This document shows, piece by piece, positions 19,968-28,908 of a stretch of DNA of 64,000 nucleotides. The position numbers and the translations under genes were made by a program. The stretch spans positions 822-64,821 of the forward strand of contig JAGANI010000033.1 of the NCBI GenBank assembly GCA_017624285.1. Direction: 5' to 3'. The notes beneath the pieces were generated by a model, which was not told where the DNA came from, ran no database searches, and was given only the letters and a program-made list of their open reading frames with translations. Source of the stretch: Clostridia bacterium (GTDB lineage: Bacteria > Bacillota > Clostridia > Christensenellales > Borkfalkiaceae). Each line of letters begins with the position of its first letter. Position 1 is the first letter of the stretch.

Positions 19968-20074
19968 TATATTAACAAATATCAATAATTTATAAATTTT
20001 CACAAAAAAACACCCCGTTAAGGGGTTAAATAAAAAATATTTTATACAGTTAAACCTAAGATAAGGAGAAAATT

Positions 20075-20974
20075 ATGAAAAAGAAAGGTCTCGGTCGTGG
20101 ACTTGCGGCAATTTTTTCGGAAGCGGAAGAAGATTACGGTAAAAATCTTTTATTTGACGAAGGTGATGAAATTTCATCATCAGTAACGGAAGTTGCTATC
20201 GGTTCAGTTTACGCAAACCCTAACCAGCCTAGAAAGGTCTTTGACGAAACTGCTTTAAACGAACTTGCTTCATCAATATCTAAACACGGCGTTATTATGC
20301 CCATAATCGTCAATAAAAACCAAGATGGTTATATGATTATCGCTGGTGAAAGAAGATGGCGTGCAAGCCGTATTGCAGGCTTAAAAAACGTACCCGTTAT
20401 AGTTAAAAACTATAACGAACGTCAAATTAAAGAAATTTCTTTAATAGAAAACTTACAGCGTGAAGATTTAAACCCTATCGAATCTGCTACCGCGATGAAA
20501 TCTTTAATGGAAGATTACGGTTTAACACAAGAAGAACTCGCTGATAGAATAGGTAAATCACGTCCTGCAATTGCGAACACGCTTAGACTTTTAAATTTAT
20601 CGCCGGAAGTTATTAAGTTAGTCGCTAATAACGACTTATCTGCTGGTCACGCAAGGGCAATTATCACTATGCCGGAAAACGACCAAGTAAAACTTGCAAA
20701 AGAAATTATTAAAACGGGTATGTCCGTTCGTGACGTAGAAAATAAAGTTAAAGATTTCTTTACCCCACCGGAAGAAAAAGTTAAACAAAGACCTAAAATC
20801 GAACAAAGTGCTGATTTAAAAGAATTCATCAACCGTATGCAACGCATTTTAGGTACTAAAGTTAACGCAATTGGTAACGATAATAAAGGTAGAATTTACA
20901 TTGACTATTATATGAGAGAAGATTTAGATAGAATTTCTGATATACTAGACTTTGTTGAAAGAAACCGTAAATAA
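20075..20974 (+). CDS. spo0J: Chromosome partitioning protein ParB/Spo0J
   Basis: ParB box GERRWRA, an HTH region (TQEELADRIGKSRPAIANTLRLL), and the N-terminal KGLGRGL motif. Confidence 0.93.
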   Translation: MKKKGLGRGLAAIFSEAEEDYGKNLLFDEGDEISSSVTEVAIGSVYANPNQPRKVFDETALNELASSISKHGVIMPIIVNKNQDGYMIIAGERRWRASRIAGLKNVPVIVKNYNERQIKEISLIENLQREDLNPIESATAMKSLMEDYGLTQEELADRIGKSRPAIANTLRLLNLSPEVIKLVANNDLSAGHARAIITMPENDQVKLAKEIIKTGMSVRDVENKVKDFFTPPEEKVKQRPKIEQSADLKEFINRMQRILGTKVNAIGNDNKGRIYIDYYMREDLDRISDILDFVERNRK

Positions 20975-21029
20975 TCATTTTGGTAACGTTTTAATACGAC
21001 TGTTTACTTGAAACTATACCAAAATATAG

Positions 21030-21476
21030 GTGTTAAATAATATTATGATGTTTTATATATGGCTTGCTATAACGTTATTAGCAATAATTATAGAGTTTAT
21101 TACAACTGATTTAATTTCTATTTGGTTTGTACCATCTGGTATAATTTGTATAATACTTGCGTTAGTTAACGTTAATCCCATAATACAAATTACTGTTTTT
21201 ATCGTTTTAAGTGTGGTTTTAATACTTACTTTAAGAAAACAACTTGCTAAGTATTTAAATAAAAACACAGCAAAATTAAATCACGATTCTATTATTGGTC
21301 AAAAAGTTAAATTAATATCACCAGTTAGTTACGATAATCCCGGTTCTGCTAAAATAAACGGTTTAATTTGGAGTGTTGTTTCTAAAAACCCTCAAGAAGA
21401 TATTCCTTCAGATACTTACGTTTTAATTTTAGAAATTTCAGGTAATAAATTAATTGTGGAAAAAATAAAGGACTAA
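21030..21476 (+). CDS. NfeD-family membrane protein
   Basis: Three N-terminal TM segments plus a C-terminal OB-like domain (G.AKINGLIWSV). It sits immediately upstream of an SPFH gene, the usual pairing. The start is ambiguous (GTG 21030 or ATG 21045). Confidence 0.75.
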   Translation: MLNNIMMFYIWLAITLLAIIIEFITTDLISIWFVPSGIICIILALVNVNPIIQITVFIVLSVVLILTLRKQLAKYLNKNTAKLNHDSIIGQKVKLISPVSYDNPGSAKINGLIWSVVSKNPQEDIPSDTYVLILEISGNKLIVEKIKD

Positions 21477-21540
21477 TTTTATTAAAACTTACCCCGTTAC
21501 GGTATTAAAATCAATTTTTTATATAAAGGAGGTAAAAATT

Positions 21541-22404
21541 TTGGGTTTATATATCGCTTTAGGCATTATCGCCGTAATACTTTTTATAATTTTAATTTCA
21601 TGCGTTAAAGTTGTACGTCAATCAACCACCGTTATAGTTGAAAGACTTGGTAAATATCACAAAACTTTACAAACAGGTATACATTTTATTGCACCGTTTT
21701 TTGATAAGGTTTTACCAGCTATTTCTTTAAAAGAAAAAGTTGCAGATTTTCCCCCCCAACCAGTTATTACAAAAGATAACGTTACTATGCAAATTGATAC
21801 CGTAGTATATTTTCAAATAACCGACCCTAAACTTTACACTTATGGTGTAGAAAAACCTTTAATGGCTATTGAAAATTTTACTGCTACCACTTTAAGAAAC
21901 TTAGTTGGTGAATTAGAACTTGACGGTACTTTAACTTCTAGAGATACCGTAAATAGCAAAATGCGTATTATTTTAGACGAAGCCACAGATCCTTGGGGTA
22001 TTAAAGTTAACCGTGTAGAATTAAAAAATATTTTACCACCAAGAGATATTCAACAGGCGATGGAAAAACAAATGCGTGCCGAACGTGAAAGACGTGAACA
22101 AATTTTAAAAGCTGAAGGCGAAAAACGCGCTAATATCCTAGTTGCTGAAGGTGAAAAAGAAGCCATGATATTACGCGCAGAAGCTAAAAAACAATCTTTA
22201 ATAGCTGAAGCCGAAGGTAATGCAGAAGCAATTAGATTAATTAATGAAGCAAATCCAAACGCAGCTTATTTAACTATTAAAGGTTACGAAGCTCTTAAAA
22301 ACGTTGCTGACGGTCAATCTACAAAGATTATCGTACCTAGTGAAATTCAAAACGTAACAGGTTTACTTGCAAGTTTAAAAGCAGTAGTTGATGATAAAAA
22401 ATAA
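21541..22404 (+). CDS. SPFH/band 7 (stomatin-like) protein
   Basis: TTG start with AAGGAGG 8 nt upstream. One TM segment, an SPFH core (VVERLGKYHKTL..., TKDNV...), and a C-terminal coiled coil rich in AEAE/KQ. Confidence 0.88.
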   Translation: MGLYIALGIIAVILFIILISCVKVVRQSTTVIVERLGKYHKTLQTGIHFIAPFFDKVLPAISLKEKVADFPPQPVITKDNVTMQIDTVVYFQITDPKLYTYGVEKPLMAIENFTATTLRNLVGELELDGTLTSRDTVNSKMRIILDEATDPWGIKVNRVELKNILPPRDIQQAMEKQMRAERERREQILKAEGEKRANILVAEGEKEAMILRAEAKKQSLIAEAEGNAEAIRLINEANPNAAYLTIKGYEALKNVADGQSTKIIVPSEIQNVTGLLASLKAVVDDKK

Positions 22405-22410
22405 TTAAAA

Positions 22411-22436
22411 AAAGGGGCTTATAACCCCTTTTATTT
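22411..22436 (+). terminator. Intrinsic terminator after the SPFH gene
   Basis: AAGGGGcttataaCCCCTT followed by TTATTT. Confidence 0.65.
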
Positions 22437-22473
22437 AACAAAAAAACACACCCGTTATGGGGTTAATTTAATT

Positions 22474-22995
22474 ATGGAACTATTTAATAAAATAAAAAAC
22501 CCTGTTATTATGGGTGAGCGTTTAATTTTAAGAGACATAAATAAAAAAGATATTGATTCTTATTATGATTTATATACTGATGAAGATTTAAATAAGTACT
22601 GGGGTTATAATTATAAAGAAGACTTACCAGATTTAAATATTAAAAAAGACTATTTTTACAATTTCCAGCAAAGTTTAAAAGATAATAAACAAGAATATTC
22701 TTTAGCGGTTACTTTAAATGATTTTTTAATAGGTGAAGTCGTCTTACATAATTTTACCTGTAATTCGGTTGAAACTGGTATTAGGATTAGTAAAAAATAT
22801 CAGTCTTTTGGATACGGCAGGGAAGCTTTAACTCTTTTAATTAATTATGTAAAAGAAGTTATTAAACCAGACTATATTACGTCAAAATGCTATAAAATTA
22901 ACATACGTAGCGAACTTTTACTTACAAAATGCGGTTTTATATTTAAAAATGAAGATGAAATTTATAAGCATTTTATAATAGATTTAACTAAATAA
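22474..22995 (+). CDS. GNAT-family N-acetyltransferase (RimJ/RimL-like)
   Basis: 173 aa. LILRDI... N-terminus and the acetyl-CoA pocket pattern Q..GYGREAL. Confidence 0.75.
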   Translation: MELFNKIKNPVIMGERLILRDINKKDIDSYYDLYTDEDLNKYWGYNYKEDLPDLNIKKDYFYNFQQSLKDNKQEYSLAVTLNDFLIGEVVLHNFTCNSVETGIRISKKYQSFGYGREALTLLINYVKEVIKPDYITSKCYKINIRSELLLTKCGFIFKNEDEIYKHFIIDLTK

Positions 22996-23027
22996 AAAAC
23001 TCTGGTTATTTGCCAGAGTTTTTTTTC
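22994..23027. terminator. Bidirectional terminator between the convergent GNAT and YpsA-like genes
   Basis: aaaaaACTCTGGttatttgCCAGAGTtttttttt. Confidence 0.75.
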
Positions 23028-23034
23028 CTTTTGT

Positions 23035-23502
23035 TTAATTTTTAAAATAAATAACGTTTTTATTATTTTCAACAGCATATTTAACTGTAAAATACGTCCC
23101 GCCAGAACTTTTATTTAAGTAACAAAAAACATTATCAGCTTTATCTACCATAAATTTATTACGTTTTTTCATACAATAATCGTCGTAATCAAGCTGTAAA
23201 AAATAAACTTTATCAGCAGAATCTATCATATTAATATAATCTAGTTTTTGTTTTTTATTAAACTTATCGCTTTGCCCTAAACAAGGTATACAAGCAATTA
23301 AATAAATTTCATATTCACTTTTTAACGTAAGTAACGTCTTAAAACAAGCGGTATCAAAACCAAGCGCCATGCCTATATAAAAAAATTTATTTCCTTTATT
23401 AATTAAAGATATAAGTTCCTCTCTTAACTTAATAAAATCAAAATTTTTACCTAATATACGATGCCCTGTTATCGCTACGCTTTTATCTTTTTCTTCTATC
23501 AT
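23035..23502 (-). CDS. DUF1273/YpsA-like SLOG-family protein
   Basis: 155 aa. ITGHR... start and GMALGFD motif as in the UPF0398/YpsA family. It overlaps the rsmG stop by 4 nt, so the two genes are probably co-transcribed. Confidence 0.6.
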   Translation of the reverse strand: MIEEKDKSVAITGHRILGKNFDFIKLREELISLINKGNKFFYIGMALGFDTACFKTLLTLKSEYEIYLIACIPCLGQSDKFNKKQKLDYINMIDSADKVYFLQLDYDDYCMKKRNKFMVDKADNVFCYLNKSSGGTYFTVKYAVENNKNVIYFKN

Positions 23503-24194
23503 AAAGGGGATTTTCTCTCTTTACCCCTGCCACGGGGGTATTTTTCTGGGGTATTTTTAATTTTATCAACTATAACAATACATCTTTTTGATTCAAATAA
23601 ATTATAGTTAATTTTGTCTTTTAGTTTACCACCTAAAATTGAAAAAGCATTTAAACTTTCTTTAACTTCTTCTTCAGCATCACCTTTTAAAGCAACAAAA
23701 CTACCACCTTTTTTTACAAAAGGTAAACAATACTCACTTAAAGTATTAAGTCTAGCAACAGCCCTTGCCGTACAGGTATCAAAAGCCTCTCTATACTTGA
23801 TATTTTTAGCAAGTTCTTCCGCGCGTCCATTTAAAACGGTAATACCCGTTAGCCCTAATTTTTCAATAACAACGTTTAAAAACATACATTTTTTTTCAGT
23901 AGCCTCTAACATTGTTACTTCTATATCAGGGTTTATAATTTTTATAGGAATTGCTGGAAAACCACCACCAGATCCTATATCAATAAGTTTACCTTTAACG
24001 TATTTTGCACCGATAGCACTATCAACAAAGTGTTTTTTTACAATCTCTTCATCATCGGTTATAGCAGTAATATTAAATTTTTCATTATACTCTTTTAATA
24101 AATCTTTATACTGGTTAAATAAGTTAACCTGATTATCATCTATTAAAATACCTTTTTCAATAAAGTAATTTTTCATAACTTTATTATAACACAC
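23499..24194 (-). CDS. rsmG: 16S rRNA (guanine527-N7)-methyltransferase RsmG (GidB)
   Basis: SAM motif IDIGSGGGFPAIP, plus ...ARAVA.L..L.E...P. An alternative start is at 24176 (MKNYF). Confidence 0.92.
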   Translation of the reverse strand: MCYNKVMKNYFIEKGILIDDNQVNLFNQYKDLLKEYNEKFNITAITDDEEIVKKHFVDSAIGAKYVKGKLIDIGSGGGFPAIPIKIINPDIEVTMLEATEKKCMFLNVVIEKLGLTGITVLNGRAEELAKNIKYREAFDTCTARAVARLNTLSEYCLPFVKKGGSFVALKGDAEEEVKESLNAFSILGGKLKDKINYNLFESKRCIVIVDKIKNTPEKYPRGRGKERKSPL

Positions 24195-24626
24195 ATTTTT
24201 TTATTTATAAAGTTTTTTAACAAATTTAGGTGAAAAAGTTATCTACATAATTGTTAATTGTTGATAATTTTGTAAGTTTTTGATATTTATAATTTTTTAC
24301 TTTTTGCTTATCAACTTTTTTATAAAATTTATTTTAACTTATCAACGTTGTTATTAATATTTATTCAACTTTAAAATTGAGTGATTTTCTCACGCTTTTT
24401 TATGGTTGTTAACAATTTCAACAGTCTATATTATTATTACATATTATATTTAATTTAAAATAAAAATAACTTACAATCTAAAAGGGATGATGGCTTTTTA
24501 CTTTATATTTTTATAAAAAAACATAGTTTTAATGTTGATAAATTTTTTATCAAAAGATTTGATTTTTTATTATATATATATTATAATATAATTACTATAT
24601 ATTTTTGTGTTTATTTAGGAGTATGT
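24195..24626. other. Candidate oriC: DnaA-box cluster plus an AT-rich unwinding region
   Basis: Six 9-mers lie within 1-2 mismatches of TTATCCACA. They are TTATCTACA 24239-24247, TGTTGATAA 24259-24267, TTATCAACT 24308-24316, TTATCAACG 24349-24357, TGTTGATAA 24533-24541 and TTATCAAAA 24547-24555. A nearly pure A/T stretch follows at 24560-24605, directly upstream of dnaN. Confidence 0.6.
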
Positions 24627-25730
24627 ATGAAATTAATCTGTAACGGTCTTGATTTATCAAGTGCGGTATTAACCGTATCAAAAGCGGTTTCATCAAAAAC
24701 CACCAACCCTATTTTAGAAGGTATTCATCTTAAATGTGTTGGGGACAATCTTGTTTTAACTGCTACCGATACTGAACTCACTATTGAAAAGACTATTAAA
24801 GCAGACGTTTTAATGGAAGGTGAAACTGTTGTTACTGGTAGGATTTTTGGCGATTTCGTTAAAAAATTGGAAAGTGAACAAGTTGAGCTTTCTAAATTAG
24901 ATGGTAACGAGTTAACTATTAGATATTCTGATTCAAACTCTAAAATGCAAGTTTTCCCTGCGGAAGAGTTTCCTAAAATTAATAAAGATATTAACGAAAA
25001 TTATTTTGAATTAAAGCAATCCGACTTTAAATCTATTGTCGAAAAGACTGTTTTTGCCTGCGCTACAGATGAAAGTAGACCTATTTTAAAAGGTTGCTTA
25101 TTTGAAATTGAAGATGGTATTTTAACAGCAGTTGCTCTTGATGGTTTTAGGATGAGCGTTGTTGAAAAGGAAGTTTTATCGGGTAGTGGTAATTTTAAAG
25201 CAATCGTGCCGGCAAGGACTCTTAACGAAATAACCCGTCTATTAGAAAAAGATGAAGATTTATTAAAAGTAAGCGTTCAAAAAAATAGTTTAATGGTTTC
25301 AATAGGTTCAACGGTATTAATTTCTAGACTTATTGAAGGGGAATTTATTAAATATAAACAAATTTTACCCACAAACTTTATAACTAACGTTAGGATAAAT
25401 AAGCAACTTTTAATAAATTCAATTGAAAGGGCTAGCGTAGTTGCTAAATCCGATAAGTTAAATATTATTAGATTTGACGTCAAGGAAGAATTTTTAAATA
25501 TCTCTTCTAAATCAGAAATCGGTTACGTTAACGAAAATATCGCTATTAATATGGATGGTAAAGACGTAATTATTGCTTTTAACGGTAAGTATTTATTAGA
25601 TTATCTTAAAACTACTGATGAAGAATTTATTTCAATGAACTTAAATTCACCCATTGATCCTTGCGTTATGAAACCATTAATTAATACGGATTATACTTAT
25701 TTATTAGTTCCTGTAAGGATTAACGGTTAA
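24627..25730 (+). CDS. dnaN: DNA polymerase III beta sliding clamp
   Basis: 367 aa. Typical N-terminus MKLICNGLDLSSAVLTVSKAVSSKTTNPILEGIHL and three-domain length. RBS AGGAG upstream. Confidence 0.95.
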   Translation: MKLICNGLDLSSAVLTVSKAVSSKTTNPILEGIHLKCVGDNLVLTATDTELTIEKTIKADVLMEGETVVTGRIFGDFVKKLESEQVELSKLDGNELTIRYSDSNSKMQVFPAEEFPKINKDINENYFELKQSDFKSIVEKTVFACATDESRPILKGCLFEIEDGILTAVALDGFRMSVVEKEVLSGSGNFKAIVPARTLNEITRLLEKDEDLLKVSVQKNSLMVSIGSTVLISRLIEGEFIKYKQILPTNFITNVRINKQLLINSIERASVVAKSDKLNIIRFDVKEEFLNISSKSEIGYVNENIAINMDGKDVIIAFNGKYLLDYLKTTDEEFISMNLNSPIDPCVMKPLINTDYTYLLVPVRING

Positions 25731-25805
25731 AAATAAAAAAAAGACAAAAAAAGTTCAAAAATAAGCTAAAAAAACGTCTTTAATTTTTTAAAGATATTAA
25801 AATAA

Positions 25806-25834
25806 TTGACAAACTTATCAAAAATAAATAAAAT
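25806..25834 (+). promoter_or_regulatory. Candidate sigma-A promoter of the rpmH operon, with a DnaA-box-like 9-mer in the spacer
   Basis: TTGACA (25806-25811), a 17-nt spacer, then TAAAAT (25829-25834). The spacer contains TTATCAAAA (25815-25823). Confidence 0.5.
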
Positions 25835-25895
25835 ATTAAAGGTTTTATTATAAAAATTAACTTTTAAGTTAAATAAATAAAGGAAGGATTAAATT

Positions 25896-26030
25896 ATGAA
25901 AAGAACTTATCAACCGAAAAAAAGACAAAGAAGTAAAGTTCACGGTTTCAGAGCAAGGATGAAATCACAAGGCGGTAGAAACGTTTTAAAAAGAAGAAGA
26001 AATAAAGGTCGTCATAAACTTTCCGCTTAA
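25896..26030 (+). CDS. rpmH: 50S ribosomal protein L34
   Basis: Below the ORF-track size cutoff. Own translation: [56 protein letters not shown] upstream. Confidence 0.95.
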   Translation: MKRTYQPKKRQRSKVHGFRARMKSQGGRNVLKRRRNKGRHKLSA

Positions 26031-26046
26031 TTAAAGAAGGTAAATT

Positions 26047-26364
26047 TTGGATAACAGACTGAAAAAAGAAAAGGATTTCGAAAAAGTTTTTAAAAAAGGG
26101 CAAAGGGCCTTTTCAGATACGGTTACTTTATATTATTTACCTGCAGATGATTTTAAAGTGGGTTTTGCCGTTAGTAAAAAACATGGTAAAAGCGTAAAAC
26201 GTAACCGTATTAAAAGACTTTTAAGAGAATCTTTCAGAAGTTTTAAGTTGAAAGATACTCAAAACTTCTTTTTTGTTATTATCCCAAAGGTTAAGGAAGA
26301 ATACCGTCTTGATCTTTTTAAAAGGGATATGAATTATATTTTCAGGAAAATTAAGGTATTATAA
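26047..26364 (+). CDS. rnpA: Ribonuclease P protein component
   Basis: 105 aa, TTG start, basic, with the motif VSKKHGKSVKRNRIKRLLRE (RNR motif). Canonical position after rpmH. Confidence 0.9.
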   Translation: MDNRLKKEKDFEKVFKKGQRAFSDTVTLYYLPADDFKVGFAVSKKHGKSVKRNRIKRLLRESFRSFKLKDTQNFFFVIIPKVKEEYRLDLFKRDMNYIFRKIKVL

Positions 26365-26597
26365 TGTTAAAATATATAAGTATACGTCTTATTAAATTTT
26401 ATCAAAAATATCTGTCGCGTCACGATTGTAGGTTTATACCAAGTTGCTCAGAGTATACGCTTGAAGCAATTTTAAAGCACGGTTTTTTTAAAGGTGTGCT
26501 TTTAGGAATGTGGCGCATTTTACGCTGTAATCCGTTTTCTAAGGGTGGCTTTGATAAAGTACCCGACAAAAAAAGCGATTTAAAGTGGGTTTATTAG
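26364..26597 (+). CDS. yidD: Membrane protein insertion efficiency factor YidD
   Basis: 77 aa. YQKYLS....CRF.PSCSEY...A....G and the RCNPFSKGGFD motif. Confidence 0.9.
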   Translation: MLKYISIRLIKFYQKYLSRHDCRFIPSCSEYTLEAILKHGFFKGVLLGMWRILRCNPFSKGGFDKVPDKKSDLKWVY

Positions 26598-26598
26598 T

Positions 26599-28032
26599 AT
26601 GAATTTTATATCTATAGGAAATTTACCCGAAGTTTCGGGGTTAACTTGGTTAGTTGCTAAAATTATAACTTGGCCGGGTTCAATCGCGTTAGGTATCGTT
26701 ATATTTACCTTAATGCTTAAATTAATAACGTTAGTTTTTGATTATTATTCTAGGGCGTCTATGCGTAAATCATCTTTAAAGATGAAAGAAATGCGTCCAG
26801 AACTTGAAAGATTACAAGTTCAATATAAGGATAATAAAGAACTTTACGCGCAAAAAGTATCTTCTCTTTACAAAAAGCAGGGGTACAGTATGTTTGGTTC
26901 TTGCTTACCAACCATTATTACTTTAGTAATTTTTATTATCGTCTTAAACGCTTTCCAAAATTATTCAGAATTCCAAAATAAAGAAAACGTTTATCATATG
27001 GCGCTTTCTTATAACGAAGTTATTGTTGAAGGTTTCGAGCGTGACGACGATATCGTAAAAGTAGTTTCTAAAAACGGTCAAGAAGATATTTATATCGACG
27101 TAAATAAGTTTTGGTCTGATACAAACACTACTAAATCAGTAGATGATACAGACCCTAACAATATTAAAATTGAAGCAGTTAATACCTTAACGGGTGTTAA
27201 TAACAATGGTTCTACTTTTGATTTAATTTGTTTGGCAACCGTTAAAACAGCTGACGGCGTAACGATTACAAACTATAGCTTTACTACTACTAACGGTTAT
27301 ATAGTAGTTAAATATTCAGCTACAACCGATACGACGGGTGCGCTTTTAGATGGTCAAACTTTTATTAAAGGCGGTTATTCTGCTCTTGAAGGTGCTGAAT
27401 CAAAAACTAATTTACTTAAAGGTGATTTCAATAATAATTTAACCGCTAACGGTTTAACTTTTGATGATTACCGTAAAGCAAATAACTACGGCGATAATTA
27501 CACCTTCACGACTTTCTTAAAAGAAATTCAAGAAGAAAAAGCTGCCGACACTTATTATAACGAAAGGGAATCTTTCCTTTGGGTTAAAAATATTTGGAAA
27601 AAGGACGTAACCTTTGATAATCCTATGATTGAAAACAAGGGAGACGTGGTTAAAGGCGACGACTTTGATAAATTAGTTGTAGACTTAAAAGATGATTTAG
27701 TTGACGAGCAACACAACGGTTACTTTATTTTAGTAGCGCTTACTATTATAAGTACACTTTTAACGCAGTTGGTTAATAAAAACAGCCAAAAAGACCAGAT
27801 GGAATTAGGCACGGTTGACGGTCAAGGCGCTATGACGCAAAAGATGATGATGTGGATGATGCCTATCATGATGGCAGTGTTTGCATTTATGTATTCGGCA
27901 GCCTTCTCAATTTATATTATAACCAGTACCCTTTTAAGTCTTATAACTACCATTTGTATCAATAAGATAGTAGATTACAAATTTAATAAAGAAAATAAAA
28001 AAGAAGAAATAAATATCGTAAGAAGAGGTTAA
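26599..28032 (+). CDS. yidC: Membrane protein insertase YidC, with an unusually large extracytoplasmic insertion
   Basis: Conserved blocks KLITLVFDYYSRASMRK...MRPELERLQ..YK, GSCLPTIITL, FLWVKNIW..D, and a C-terminal TM pair. About 200 extra residues lie between the GSCLP helix and the FLW motif. Confidence 0.88.
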   Translation: MNFISIGNLPEVSGLTWLVAKIITWPGSIALGIVIFTLMLKLITLVFDYYSRASMRKSSLKMKEMRPELERLQVQYKDNKELYAQKVSSLYKKQGYSMFGSCLPTIITLVIFIIVLNAFQNYSEFQNKENVYHMALSYNEVIVEGFERDDDIVKVVSKNGQEDIYIDVNKFWSDTNTTKSVDDTDPNNIKIEAVNTLTGVNNNGSTFDLICLATVKTADGVTITNYSFTTTNGYIVVKYSATTDTTGALLDGQTFIKGGYSALEGAESKTNLLKGDFNNNLTANGLTFDDYRKANNYGDNYTFTTFLKEIQEEKAADTYYNERESFLWVKNIWKKDVTFDNPMIENKGDVVKGDDFDKLVVDLKDDLVDEQHNGYFILVALTIISTLLTQLVNKNSQKDQMELGTVDGQGAMTQKMMMWMMPIMMAVFAFMYSAAFSIYIITSTLLSLITTICINKIVDYKFNKENKKEEINIVRRG

Positions 28033-28034
28033 TT

Positions 28035-28817
28035 ATGGAATTTACCGGTAAAACCGTTCAAGAAGCCATTGAAGAAGGCTTAAAACAGTTAGGTTTAACT
28101 GAAAACGACGTTACTATTACCGTTGTAGAAGAACCTGTTAAAGGTTTATTTGGCAAAATTAAAAAACCCGCTAAGGTAGAAATTAATAAAAACTATACCG
28201 ACGGCGAAAAGGCTGTAAATTTTTTAGACGGTTTATTTAATAAATTAAGTATCGAAGCTAAGGCAAAATTAGTTTCTGAAGACGAACAAATCGAAATCGA
28301 AGTTATCACAACTTCTTCCGCCGCTTTAATCGGTTATAGGGGCGAGATTTTAGATTCTTTACAAACGTTAGCAGGCGCAGTCGCAAACACAGGTAAAAAG
28401 GAATATCGCCGTGTAGTAGTTAATTGCGAAGGCTATCGTGAAAAGAGAGAAGACACCTTAATTAACTTGGCACACAGGTTAGAAGAAAAGGCTGTTAAAT
28501 TAGGTAGGGACGTTACCTTAGAACCTATGAGTCCTTACGAAAGAAGAATTATCCACTCCGCTTTATCTAATAGCGAAAAGGTAGTAACTAAGTCGGAAGG
28601 TAAAGAACCTAATCGTTTTGTAGTTATCGTTCCTAACGAGAAAAAACCCCAAAAGGAAAGATTTGACCGTAAAGGCGGTAAAGACTTTAAGGGTGGTAAG
28701 AAGTTCGACCGTAAGGGTGGCAAAGATTTTAAGGGTGAAAAAAAAGCAGATGCACCTAAAAGAAAATCCCCCACAAGCTTTGGTACTTTTTTAGGCAATT
28801 CACTTAAAAACGACTAA
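28035..28817 (+). CDS. khpB: RNA-binding protein KhpB/Jag (Jag_N, KH, R3H)
   Basis: N-terminal MEFTGKTVQEAIEEGLKQLG, an R3H region (MSPYERRIIHSAL), and a Lys/Gly-rich tail with the tandem duplication FDRKGGKDFKG(G/E)KK. Confidence 0.88.
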   Translation: MEFTGKTVQEAIEEGLKQLGLTENDVTITVVEEPVKGLFGKIKKPAKVEINKNYTDGEKAVNFLDGLFNKLSIEAKAKLVSEDEQIEIEVITTSSAALIGYRGEILDSLQTLAGAVANTGKKEYRRVVVNCEGYREKREDTLINLAHRLEEKAVKLGRDVTLEPMSPYERRIIHSALSNSEKVVTKSEGKEPNRFVVIVPNEKKPQKERFDRKGGKDFKGGKKFDRKGGKDFKGEKKADAPKRKSPTSFGTFLGNSLKND

Positions 28818-28830
28818 TTAGTTAAATAAA

Positions 28831-28860
28831 AAAATCCCCGTATTTCGGGGATTTTTATTT
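28831..28860. terminator. Bidirectional terminator between khpB and lysA
   Basis: aaaaaaATCCCCGtatttCGGGGATttttatttt. Confidence 0.75.
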
Positions 28861-28908
28861 TGCTAAAAATTTAAAATTAAACTTAACGTATATCGCTATT
28901 TTGTATTT

